DNA of 64,000 bases, taken from positions 1-64,000 of IMG/VR virus record IMGVR_UViG_3300021256_000085. One strand, 5' to 3'. Of this stretch, positions 29,559 through 38,788 are shown in pieces; position 1 is the stretch's first letter, and every line of letters begins with the position of its first letter. Both the position numbers and the translations under genes were made by a program. Below the pieces are notes generated by a model. It had not been told where the DNA came from. It worked only from the letters and a program-made list of their open reading frames with translations, and did not search any database. The stretch is from a virus (Duplodnaviria > Caudoviricetes).

Positions 29559-29762
29559 ATGGTAAAAAATAAAATGAATGAATATATTATTTTTGAACAT
29601 GAACTACCTTGGTGGTTCTTTTTAATCCGTCCATTTGATACGGATGGTATGATTATGGCGAATTATGGTATGTTATATTATGCAACACCTCCAAAACAGT
29701 ATATTAAATACATTAAGAATAGATATCCAGAATTAGTAAATCAAAAAATAAATAAATTATGA
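29559..29762 (+). CDS. hypothetical protein
   Basis: ORF in run. Confidence 0.55.
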   Translation: MVKNKMNEYIIFEHELPWWFFLIRPFDTDGMIMANYGMLYYATPPKQYIKYIKNRYPELVNQKINKL

Positions 29763-29983
29763 CAAAAGAAGAAAAAGATAAAAAATTTATGTGGTTGATG
29801 AATGGTGGTCCTTATAATGATGATGAAATCGCAGAAATGGCAGAATCTTGGGCACATGATAATTCAAATGGTCTTGAAGATGAAACAGCAAAATACCTTG
29901 GATATGTTGCTGGTTTCAGAGAAGCCTATGGATTAGGTGTACAGGATGCAGTAAGTATTTTTGATGAAGATGAAAGTTCTTAA
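29759..29983 (+). CDS. hypothetical acidic protein
   Basis: ATGA overlap. Confidence 0.6.
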   Translation: MTKEEKDKKFMWLMNGGPYNDDEIAEMAESWAHDNSNGLEDETAKYLGYVAGFREAYGLGVQDAVSIFDEDESS

Positions 29984-30020
29984 CACGTACAATGAATGAT
30001 TGGATAATTTGAATAACTAT
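29969..30020 (+). repeat. 52-bp dispersed repeat (first copy 11443-11494)
   Basis: direct comparison. Confidence 0.85.
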
Positions 30021-30063
30021 AACAACAATTAAAAATCAAAACCATCAAGAAAGATTAAAATGT

Positions 30064-30408
30064 ATGATAGAAGAAGCTTACGTTTCATTTGAAGTAGCGA
30101 AGCTACTCAAAGAAAAGGGATTTAAAGAAGAGTGTTCATATAGATATGTTGCAGAACCAGATTATAAAACACCAGAATTTGTATGTTCTCCAATTGGAAA
30201 TGGTTCTAAATATCTTTATAATGCCCCGACTCATCAAATGGCAATGCGATGGTTGCGTGAAGTACATGATATTAAAATAATGATTCGTCCATATGTTGAT
30301 GGAACTTATAGTTATGAAATTCTTAATGGCTTTTGGTATGTCAATTTTGATTCTTATGAAGATGCTACAGAAGAAGCAATTAAATATTGTCTTGAATATT
30401 TAATATAA
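30064..30408 (+). CDS. hypothetical, EAYVSFEVAKLLKEKGF family
   Basis: first 50 nt identical to 11863 gene. Confidence 0.8.
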   Translation: MIEEAYVSFEVAKLLKEKGFKEECSYRYVAEPDYKTPEFVCSPIGNGSKYLYNAPTHQMAMRWLREVHDIKIMIRPYVDGTYSYEILNGFWYVNFDSYEDATEEAIKYCLEYLI

Positions 30409-30437
30409 CAATTAAAAAAAATAATAGAAAGTAGAAT

Positions 30438-30773
30438 ATGAAAAAAGGAATTGAACTAATTGCTGAAGAACGTCAAAGACAAATTGATGTTGAAGGTTAT
30501 AATGCACAACATGACTCACAACACAATGCAAGTGAATTTATTTATGCCGCTATTAGCTATATTGAATCCGCAAAAATTGGTGTGAACTGCACTGAAATTG
30601 GTTATACCGATGAGAATGAAATTATGAGAAGGAAAACAGAAATGGGAAAATACTATCCATTTGGGTGGTTGTTCAAACCTTCAACTGATATTCATGACTT
30701 AGTTAAGGCAGGTGCATTGATTGCCGCAGCAATTGACAGATTAGAGTCAACTAATATATTATCCACAAAATAA
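30438..30773 (+). CDS. widespread phage hypothetical (AEERQRQI..EG...HD...LVKAGALIAA)
   Basis: recognisable motif set, function unknown. Confidence 0.7.
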   Translation: MKKGIELIAEERQRQIDVEGYNAQHDSQHNASEFIYAAISYIESAKIGVNCTEIGYTDENEIMRRKTEMGKYYPFGWLFKPSTDIHDLVKAGALIAAAIDRLESTNILSTK

Positions 30774-30787
30774 ATAAATTATGATAT

Positions 30788-30946
30788 ATGGGACATTGTA
30801 ATTTAGAAATGAGTGATAAATGCTATGGTTGTGGTTACTATGGTACAGGTGATATTGAAGGATGTAAATTAACTATTGCTTTTCATAAGAAATACCCAAA
30901 CCATACAGATGAAGAATATGAGAAATATATGAAATCTCAAAATTAA
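30788..30946 (+). CDS. 52-aa Cys-rich microprotein
   Basis: own translation: MGHCNLEMSDKCYGCGYY...GC. Confidence 0.5.
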   Translation: MGHCNLEMSDKCYGCGYYGTGDIEGCKLTIAFHKKYPNHTDEEYEKYMKSQN

Positions 30947-30952
30947 AAAAAA

Positions 30953-31249
30953 ATGAAAGAACAAGAACTTAGTGGCAAAATAAAAGAACTCAAAAGTTTA
31001 AGAGAAAAATATCGGTATTTTCAAGTTGGTATTGATACTATAAAAAAAGAATTTTTAAATCCTCCTTATGACTATCCAAATCTTGACAGAGACATTTGGG
31101 AAAAACAAACAATAGAAGAAATAAAATCTAGAGGGCAAGTATTAAAGGATCTTGAAGAACAAATAAGAGAAGTAAAGAAACATATCAAGAAACTAAATAA
31201 AGAACAAAATGAGAGAAATAATACCAAACAATTTAGAGCAGGTAATTGA
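30953..31249 (+). CDS. coiled-coil hypothetical
   Basis: ORF in run. Confidence 0.6.
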   Translation: MKEQELSGKIKELKSLREKYRYFQVGIDTIKKEFLNPPYDYPNLDRDIWEKQTIEEIKSRGQVLKDLEEQIREVKKHIKKLNKEQNERNNTKQFRAGN

Positions 31250-31472
31250 ATATTTAGATAAAGAACTTACTAAAAGAGATAAAGAATATCTTTTAGAAAA
31301 TGGGGCATTATCAGTTCATCATTCATTAGGAAGATGGATTCGTAATAATTGGGGATTTTGGAATGAAGAAGATAATGAACTTAAAGCTAATTTAAAGAAA
31401 TTGGGTTATGAACATCCTGATGATATGTCAAATTATATAATAGAACAGTATATAGAACATTTGAAGAATTAA
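31209..31472 (+). CDS. DUF6794-like protein
   Basis: HHSLGRWIRNNWGFW...HPDDMS. Confidence 0.5.
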   Translation: MREIIPNNLEQVIEYLDKELTKRDKEYLLENGALSVHHSLGRWIRNNWGFWNEEDNELKANLKKLGYEHPDDMSNYIIEQYIEHLKN

Positions 31473-31473
31473 T

Positions 31474-31776
31474 ATGAGCAGACGAAGATTTAAAATAACA
31501 ATTCAATACGATAGCAATGTAGGATATACCGGAAAAGATATAATTTATTGTCTTCAAAATAATTCATCTGACTATAGATATTTTCTCGATGAAAATGGAA
31601 ATTTTATAGAATGCTATGGTACAGATTCGTGTTGTGACTATTTGGCATATGCACTTAAGCTTGAAACTTTTATAGACAAGATATTCCCAAATGGTGAGTG
31701 GTGGGATTGTAAAGTTGAAGAAATTGGATTTAGTGAATTACCTGAACTAATAAAAGAAAAATATGACAGAGGATAA
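31474..31776 (+). CDS. hypothetical protein
   Basis: ORF in run. Confidence 0.6.
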   Translation: MSRRRFKITIQYDSNVGYTGKDIIYCLQNNSSDYRYFLDENGNFIECYGTDSCCDYLAYALKLETFIDKIFPNGEWWDCKVEEIGFSELPELIKEKYDRG

Positions 31777-32128
31777 TATGAATAAAAAGAAAAAACTATT
31801 TGAACCTATAAGACGTGGAGCACCAAGTTTGCTATTTGATTTCGCGGAGGCATTAAAGAAAATAGAAGCTGAAAAGGAAGAAATTGAAAATATATATAAA
31901 CAAAAATTATATGAAAGAAACAATGAATAAAACAATTAATGGGTTATTATCTTGGGCTATATATTCTTTAGTAGTTTGTATCTTATTAGGTATTGCTGAA
32001 CCAGATTTAACAGTAAGACAATATGTAGGATATTCATTTATGTTTGGTTTACTTATTGGATCAATCAATAATTTAGAAAGGGTGATACGTGAAACACATT
32101 AGAAAATATTAATAAAGAATATAAAGAT

Positions 32129-32386
32129 ATGGATAATATTAACGAATTATTAGGATTAGGTAAAACAAGATTACAAAAATTAATTAATGCATTAGAAGTA
32201 AAGCATTGGGATGAATTACATGTAAGTGGACAACATGCTATTACTACATTAATTGAGGCAATTGATTATATTGAAGATAATTATGATAAATTCACTGAAT
32301 ATAAAAGTGTTGAAAATGTGGTAAGAGATGCTGTAAATAATGCGTTAAGTGAAAGTGGATATGATTATAACAATTATAAAAATTAA
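32129..32386 (+). CDS. hypothetical protein
   Basis: ORF in run. Confidence 0.6.
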   Translation: MDNINELLGLGKTRLQKLINALEVKHWDELHVSGQHAITTLIEAIDYIEDNYDKFTEYKSVENVVRDAVNNALSESGYDYNNYKN

Positions 32387-32393
32387 TTAATGT

Positions 32394-32765
32394 ATGGACA
32401 ATAAAGAATTTGATTATACAAGACTTAAAGCATTAATGGTAAAGGTGCAAGAGTTTATTCATACTTTACCTAATAAAATGGATGAAAATAATGGTTTCTC
32501 AATGATTCTTGTGGCGAGAGATGTGATGAATGGGGTTTCAGGTATATGTACATTAACAGATGAAAAAGATGCAAGAGAATCAATTGTACAATGTTTTGAT
32601 AAGGCTTTATCTAAATCATTAGAAGGTAAAAAGGATAATGAGGAAGCATTTGAAGTTGTAAATGGAATGGCAGAATATATAATGAGGTTATGTGCTATGT
32701 TTCCTGAACTTTATGATAATTTTCAAAAAGGTGTAGAATATTATAAATCAAAGAATGAAAACTAA
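32394..32765 (+). CDS. hypothetical protein
   Basis: ORF in run. Confidence 0.65.
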   Translation: MDNKEFDYTRLKALMVKVQEFIHTLPNKMDENNGFSMILVARDVMNGVSGICTLTDEKDARESIVQCFDKALSKSLEGKKDNEEAFEVVNGMAEYIMRLCAMFPELYDNFQKGVEYYKSKNEN

Positions 32766-32812
32766 TGAATGATTTTGATATTATTTTTAAATAAATAATT
32801 TATATAATCATA

Positions 32813-33477
32813 ATGATTTCGTTATTAGAAAATATATACTTGAATCAATATCATCTAAAGAACTTATTAAAGATATAGAAATTAAAAAAGTAAAAGACAA
32901 TACCAATATAGTATCAAAAAATATACAATGATTAGGTGTAAATGATATTGATGAACTATATTTATTTCAATATTCAGATCATTATCAATTAATATATAAA
33001 GAACAAATATTAGGTGTATTTGGTTTATATGATTTTAAGAATAGCCCACAAGATAGAATTAGCAGATGGGTATATCAATTTTTCTCAGAAATATATCCAG
33101 ATTCTGATAAATTCAATAAATTAAGTTTATATGTTACTTATCTATTAATGTTTCCAAATGCATCTAAAATGTTGGATATTAATTCAATTGCCACAATTAA
33201 AGTATTTTTTGATAAATTAAAAAAATACAGTGAATCATTAGGTAAAGAATTTATTATTGCAAATGGTAAAGATGATAAAACAACAAAACTTTATGCTAAA
33301 TGTGGTGGCTTCAAACGATATATTGAATTTTATCCAGATGAATATTTAAAATCAGTTAAGAATGATGATATCCATAATATCGTTATTCAAACAGGTGTAA
33401 TATTTTCAATACATAATAAATATTCAGAACTTAAGTTTAAAAATTACAATAAATTTTCAAATAATAAAAGACATTAA
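32813..33477 (+). pseudogene. disrupted leader-bearing gene (5' frameshift and in-frame TGA)
   Basis: ATG ATT TCG out of frame with (I)RKYILES at 32824; same frame continues through TGA 32929-31 into ORF 33148-33477; late-motif variant upstream, palindrome downstream. Confidence 0.65.
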
Positions 33478-33485
33478 ACTATATC

Positions 33486-33515
33486 AAATTCCATCTATTA
33501 TAATAGATGGAATTT
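33486..33515. terminator. perfect 30-bp palindrome / terminator
   Basis: AAATTCCATCTATTA-TAATAGATGGAATTT. Confidence 0.75.
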
Positions 33516-33592
33516 TTGTAAGTTATTATTTTAAATGTGGATGTTTAAGTTTTCTATATTTAAATGAATTATAATTGTTTTAAGTATAGAAT

Positions 33593-34351
33593 ATGGATGG
33601 ATTTGATAAAAAAATATTTGATGTTTATTTAGATAAATTAGCACAAGAAGCTCGTAAAAATCAAGAGTTTCGCCAATATATAGAACAAAAAGCAAAACGA
33701 GAAGCTATATATAAAAAAATTACCAAAGACATAAAGTTTGTAAGTAAATTTGTCAAGAAATGTCAATCTCGTCAAACCGGTGAGAAAACAGTATTCTATG
33801 ATATTGATATTGAGAAAATGCCTTTGTCAAAACCTTATGGAGAATTTCATAATCTAATCAATAAATATAATAAAATTATTGGTAGAAGTACTAATTTAAG
33901 TATGTATGCTTGTATTAAGTATGATGAATTACTTGACAACTCAATATTGACTTATATTATTCCAGCTGTAAAATGGGCTTATGAGAATTATGTCAGGGAA
34001 AATTTCTATGGGAAAGAAATAGAATTTGAGGGAGAAATATGCAAGGCTTTTCAAATTGATTGGTTTGATGAAGTATACGTTGCCGATGAGAAGATTCCGA
34101 CAACATTCCAAAAGAAAATTGAAGAAATAGAAGAGAAATATCGAAACAAACCATATTGTAATTATTATGAGAAATATAATCCAGAAAGTTGGGAAATGGC
34201 CTGGATTGATTACGTTGAAAGATATGATATACATAGATATGTCTTTGATTGTCAAAATATGAGAAAACACCCCAAAGAATATCCACATATTAAGAATCAT
34301 AAGGAATACTTAAAAGAAGCAGAGAAAATATTGCATAAGAAATTTATATAA
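33593..34351 (+). CDS. hypothetical protein
   Basis: 252-aa ORF. Confidence 0.7.
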   Translation: MDGFDKKIFDVYLDKLAQEARKNQEFRQYIEQKAKREAIYKKITKDIKFVSKFVKKCQSRQTGEKTVFYDIDIEKMPLSKPYGEFHNLINKYNKIIGRSTNLSMYACIKYDELLDNSILTYIIPAVKWAYENYVRENFYGKEIEFEGEICKAFQIDWFDEVYVADEKIPTTFQKKIEEIEEKYRNKPYCNYYEKYNPESWEMAWIDYVERYDIHRYVFDCQNMRKHPKEYPHIKNHKEYLKEAEKILHKKFI

Positions 34352-34359
34352 AAAAGAAT

Positions 34360-34710
34360 ATGAAAAGTCTTAGAGAAACACTTGAAACAAGAGATATTGT
34401 CATAACCTTACCAAGTAAGATTGAATGGTCAGATTATGAAAAAGAACTTGAGACGGTAAAAGATGAATCTCAAGTAATGAATTTTAAAGTACCATTTCTA
34501 CCTAAATATAAGCCTGAAAAAGTCTATATTTGTCATAGAGGTAATATTATAGGATGGATGAAATGTTGTGGGATGGTTGATGGAAAATCATTTGATTGTA
34601 CAACAACTGGTCAACATTGGGAAGGAAAATTTATTCAACGTACAGGAGAATTCCATAAGATTGAACCAATCCCAATGAAAGGATTCCAAGGATTTAGATA
34701 TTTTGAATAA
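34360..34710 (+). CDS. PUA/ASCH-like protein with leader-like N-terminus
   Basis: MKSLRETLE; C-terminal EPIPMKGFQGFRY. Confidence 0.4.
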   Translation: MKSLRETLETRDIVITLPSKIEWSDYEKELETVKDESQVMNFKVPFLPKYKPEKVYICHRGNIIGWMKCCGMVDGKSFDCTTTGQHWEGKFIQRTGEFHKIEPIPMKGFQGFRYFE

Positions 34711-34740
34711 ATAAAAACATAGAAATTTATTATATAACAA

Positions 34741-35688
34741 ATGAAAGATATTAAAGAATATTTATCAAGAATAACAAAACAGAATTATACAGAAAAAGAT
34801 CATAGCTATATAAAAGAAGATTATGTAGGAAATAATGAAGTTATATGTCAATTAGATAATGGAACAATATTAAATGATTTTGATGAGTTTATTAAAGAAA
34901 ATCATATATCCAATATTGACAAGAATACTTATTACTTTTTCTTAGATTCTATATATGATAATCATTTATATAAATATATAGACAATCCATATACATATTC
35001 AGATTATCAAAAAGGTGTGTATATGTTTGAAAATATACTTCATTCGTATAGTGCAAAGAATCTATACAGTAAGTTATTAGATATATTTGGTGAAGATATC
35101 ATAGATGTAAATTTTGTTAATCCTAAAAAGGAAATAACTCAATTTAAAATTATTATAAAAGATTCATCAATATTATATAAAATACTTAATGATGATAGAT
35201 TTTGGTCTACATTAAGATTATATAATTATTATGATAAAATTATAAATGATACTGAAAATGAAGTTAGTATTATTTTAGATCCATATAAACCACAAGATAT
35301 AACCAATAAAATATATAATGAATTTGATGGTATTATTTATCATGTAACTTCACAAGAAATATACATAAATAATATCAAAGATAAAGCAATTAAACCAAAA
35401 TGGAAAATACCAAATGAATACTCAAAAATCTTTAGAGATGGACGAATATTCTTTATAACAAACAATGATGAAAATAAAATACAAAATCAACTTAAGTCTA
35501 TTGCAAACTTAAAAAATATACCAGATCCGATTGTACTTAAAGTTAATTTAAAAGAATATCGAAATAAGTTAAGATTTAGAATAGATTCTTCTGCATTTAG
35601 TTATGATGCTTATTTTACAGAAGAACCAATACCAGATTTTTGTATAACCTGTCTTGATTTAAATACATGGAAAGAATATACTTTTTAA
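34741..35688 (+). CDS. protein with C-terminal ADP-ribosyltransferase-fold (Tpt1/KptA-like) domain
   Basis: IYHVT...IK..AIKP...RIFF...IVLKVNL...AYFTEEPIP..I; N-terminus MKDIKEYL. Confidence 0.5.
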   Translation: MKDIKEYLSRITKQNYTEKDHSYIKEDYVGNNEVICQLDNGTILNDFDEFIKENHISNIDKNTYYFFLDSIYDNHLYKYIDNPYTYSDYQKGVYMFENILHSYSAKNLYSKLLDIFGEDIIDVNFVNPKKEITQFKIIIKDSSILYKILNDDRFWSTLRLYNYYDKIINDTENEVSIILDPYKPQDITNKIYNEFDGIIYHVTSQEIYINNIKDKAIKPKWKIPNEYSKIFRDGRIFFITNNDENKIQNQLKSIANLKNIPDPIVLKVNLKEYRNKLRFRIDSSAFSYDAYFTEEPIPDFCITCLDLNTWKEYTF

Positions 35689-35763
35689 ATCCTTCATTTG
35701 TGTTTAATTAATATTTTTATTGAAGTTTTTTTACCATTCAATTTTAATTTCTTATAATCTTCA

Positions 35764-36237
35764 TTATTTTTCAAATATAGATTTTATATACTTATAAACA
35801 ACTTCTGCAAAATCTTTACGTGATTTTATTTTATCATTTCCAAACCATATAATATTATTTTCTGATCCATGGAATCCGCCATTTGTATAATAGTCAGTGA
35901 TTTCCTTTGTTGGTTCTTCTGGAATTAATGTACGAGATTTAGAATCCATAGGAAGCCATCCAATTTGGAAATGACGATTTTTTCCATAAGGTCTAGTTAT
36001 AGTTGCTTTATATATTCGTACATTATAATTCTTTTTACAGAAATTGACAATATAATAAGCACCCATATTTTCTCCCTCACCTGGGTACCACGCTTTAGCA
36101 AACTCTTCTACGAATTTATCTGGTTCATAAGTATATTGTTTATTATCTTCATACTTCAAACCTGTCTTATACAAGTTATCTGAAGTTATTCTTAGTTTCT
36201 CTTGAGATTCTAAAATATATTGCTTAATATCTTTCAT
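35764..36237 (-). CDS. hypothetical with capsid-targeting-like leader
   Basis: MKDIKQYILES; TATAAATA upstream on minus strand. Confidence 0.7.
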   Translation of the reverse strand: MKDIKQYILESQEKLRITSDNLYKTGLKYEDNKQYTYEPDKFVEEFAKAWYPGEGENMGAYYIVNFCKKNYNVRIYKATITRPYGKNRHFQIGWLPMDSKSRTLIPEEPTKEITDYYTNGGFHGSENNIIWFGNDKIKSRKDFAEVVYKYIKSIFEK

Positions 36238-36272
36238 TTCTTAATATTTATATAATTAATTAAAAATAAATT

Positions 36273-36710
36273 TTATGAAATTAATTTTATTGCGTTTTCT
36301 TTATTTATTTGGGTTCCATAATAATGCCAAAACTTTTTAGGTGAACTATTTATTCTATTAATAATTCTTTGTTTTAATAAATGATATTCTTCAATAGTTG
36401 GAATATAATCATTAAAATATTTTGTATTAATGAACTCTTTCCAATTATTTGAATAATCTTCAATATTAAATCCTCTATTGATTAGTTCTTGATGGATTTC
36501 TTGATATCTATTATATATGAATTTTTGTTTATCTAGAAAAAACTTTACATGTCCGGTACCTAATGTAAATTGATTAGGTATTTTATTAATAGATCCACAT
36601 TGTATTGATTTCTTCAAACAATTAGGAATACGTTTGATTTCTCGATGTTCAGCTAATAGATGCTCATCAGTTAATTTCTTTACAGGAATATTTGAATTAA
36701 TTCTAGTCAT
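36273..36710 (-). CDS. denV: pyrimidine dimer DNA glycosylase / endonuclease V
   Basis: MTRIN...LTDEHLLAEHREIKRI and TLGTGHVKFF match the T4 DenV pattern. Confidence 0.92.
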   Translation of the reverse strand: MTRINSNIPVKKLTDEHLLAEHREIKRIPNCLKKSIQCGSINKIPNQFTLGTGHVKFFLDKQKFIYNRYQEIHQELINRGFNIEDYSNNWKEFINTKYFNDYIPTIEEYHLLKQRIINRINSSPKKFWHYYGTQINKENAIKLIS

Positions 36711-36811
36711 GTTCAAGTAAATTTAAAATAATATTTAAATATAGTTATTCAATATTCTATATTATATTTATAATGTTAAAAATATTCAAAACTTATTAAA
36801 TAAAAAATATT

Positions 36812-37237
36812 ATGGACCGAGATTTACAAAAACAAATAATTGAAAGTATCAACAATGATATCAATAATGGAGAATTTGATGAAGATTTGTTACATGATTT
36901 GAAAGATACAATTGAAATAATGTCATCTCAAAATTCTATTGTTAGGAATTATAATAAATTTATTAAGTTATATAGAGAAGCTATATTGTTAGAAAATTAT
37001 CTTATAGATAAGAAAGATCAGATGAATTTCGATATTTGGCAATATTTTTGGGATAGATTATTTGAACAGGGTGGATATAGAGATCAAGTATTTAAAATTT
37101 ATCCATTCAAATATTGTGATGTAGATTCATCATATGAAGATGAAGTATCATTTTTTATGAGTGGGTGGCGTACTGCATGTGAAACCGTTCAATCATTATT
37201 AAAAGTAGAAGAAGAAATGTATGAAACAAATAAATAA
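36812..37237 (+). CDS. hypothetical protein
   Basis: ORF after CTATATT promoter box. Confidence 0.65.
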   Translation: MDRDLQKQIIESINNDINNGEFDEDLLHDLKDTIEIMSSQNSIVRNYNKFIKLYREAILLENYLIDKKDQMNFDIWQYFWDRLFEQGGYRDQVFKIYPFKYCDVDSSYEDEVSFFMSGWRTACETVQSLLKVEEEMYETNK

Positions 37238-37315
37238 AGATCGATTAAAAGGATTTGGGTGTGTCCTTATAGTATGGATTATTTTATCTATTTTATATTT
37301 TATTTTAAGTAGTTT

Positions 37316-37609
37316 ATGAAAGCTGAATATGGTAAATATTATGAATTAGATAATCGTAAATCATATTTTGTTCCAGACTTACAAAGAAGAGTTAAGTTTC
37401 CTGATAAGTTATGTGTGAAATGTGATAGTGGATATGTCTATGATGAGAGTTTTCATTTTGGGAAACTCATTAATCTTGGATTAGGTATATATTCTGATAT
37501 TGTGACTAATATTGATATTGAATTTTTGGATAATGATGTATTGAATGAATATCAATTACAAACCAATAATATAGATTGTCCTGGTAAAAGGTACATTAAT
37601 TATGAATAG
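37316..37609 (+). CDS. hypothetical protein
   Basis: ORF in run. Confidence 0.6.
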   Translation: MKAEYGKYYELDNRKSYFVPDLQRRVKFPDKLCVKCDSGYVYDESFHFGKLINLGLGIYSDIVTNIDIEFLDNDVLNEYQLQTNNIDCPGKRYINYE

Positions 37610-37745
37610 GAAAAAATTTGATAGATGTAAAAATGATATATTGTATTTTATAGAGCATTATTGTTTGATTAATGGTACCCATATTAAATTAAAAGATTAT
37701 CAAAAGGATATGTTAATGAAATTTAATGAACATAAATATAAATAA
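37602..37745 (+). CDS. 47-aa protein resembling the N-terminal part of T4-like large terminase gp17
   Basis: RCKNDILYFIEHYC...IKLKDYQKDML vs remembered T4 gp17 KCRDDIVYFAETYC...VQLRDYQRDML. Confidence 0.55.
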   Translation: MNRKKFDRCKNDILYFIEHYCLINGTHIKLKDYQKDMLMKFNEHKYK

Positions 37746-37797
37746 ATTATTTTTGACAACTATATACAATTAGACCCTAATAAAAGCAATAAGAATA

Positions 37798-38046
37798 ATG
37801 GCAAAAATATTTCACATAAACAAATATAAATATAATGATGAAATAACAATAGAAGAGCGTCATTATGAATGGTATAACACAACGGAACATATTATTAATG
37901 GTGAGTTATGTTATCCTAAGTATAGAAGAACTTATACAGAAATAGTTGGTGTATCATTAAAAACAAATGTGGTAGTTACACATAAGCATTCTACTTATAT
38001 TGATCTATTTGATGAATTAAAAGAATTGGGATATAAAATAAAGTAA
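37798..38046 (+). CDS. hypothetical protein
   Basis: ORF in run. Confidence 0.6.
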   Translation: MAKIFHINKYKYNDEITIEERHYEWYNTTEHIINGELCYPKYRRTYTEIVGVSLKTNVVVTHKHSTYIDLFDELKELGYKIK

Positions 38047-38086
38047 AAATATTATTTTTATATAAAATATACTTACTTTAATATTT

Positions 38087-38368
38087 ATGAAAGAACTTAA
38101 TAATTTTATAAATGAAAAATTGATAGTTGGTAAAAATATCATTCATACAGTAAAATCTAAATACACTCTTAAAGATCTTCAAGAAGCATTAAATTATTAT
38201 GAAGAATATTATGATGAATTTCCTGAAGAAAAAGGTGAATATCCTAATTGGGGAGAACTTGATAATTTTTTCAGTAATGAAAAATGGTGTGAAGCTTTGA
38301 TGAATGGAGAAGATGATTCCCTTGTAAAAATTGTGGATGCAATATTTGATATATTATATAAAAAATAA
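38087..38368 (+). CDS. small acidic protein with extended leader (EKLIVGKNIIH)
   Basis: MKELNNFINEKLIVGKNIIH; D/E-rich body; late motif at 38053. Confidence 0.75.
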   Translation: MKELNNFINEKLIVGKNIIHTVKSKYTLKDLQEALNYYEEYYDEFPEEKGEYPNWGELDNFFSNEKWCEALMNGEDDSLVKIVDAIFDILYKK

Positions 38369-38388
38369 TATTCAAATAAATAATTTTT

Positions 38389-38718
38389 ATGAAACAATTA
38401 CAAGAATATATTATGAATGAAAAATTAATAATTGGTAAAAATATCATTCATAAAAAAGATAAACGATTTCAGAATGATGATCCTTGGACTGAAGATTGTT
38501 TATCAAAACTTCAAAATAAATATGATTCTAAATATGTAGTTGTATTATCAAGATTAGGTGCTATTGCATTTTATAAAGGTCGTACTCAATCTTTAAAAAA
38601 TTGTATTTGTATTCTTTGGGGAATTGATAAAAATGGAGAATTAATAGGAGATTGGGGACCTAATGAAAATTTAAAATCAACATTAGGAAAAGAAATACTT
38701 GAGACATTATTAAATTAA
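38389..38718 (+). CDS. hypothetical with extended leader (EKLIIGKNIIH)
   Basis: MKQLQEYIMNEKLIIGKNIIH. Confidence 0.75.
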   Translation: MKQLQEYIMNEKLIIGKNIIHKKDKRFQNDDPWTEDCLSKLQNKYDSKYVVVLSRLGAIAFYKGRTQSLKNCICILWGIDKNGELIGDWGPNENLKSTLGKEILETLLN

Positions 38719-38751
38719 ACTTCTAAAATTTGATTTTAGAAGTTTTTTTTT
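38717..38751 (+). terminator. intrinsic terminator
   Basis: AAACTTCTAAAA-TTTGA-TTTTAGAAGTTT plus T-run. Confidence 0.75.
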
Positions 38752-38788
38752 ATTTTTATATATATAATATTATTTATTAAACATATAT

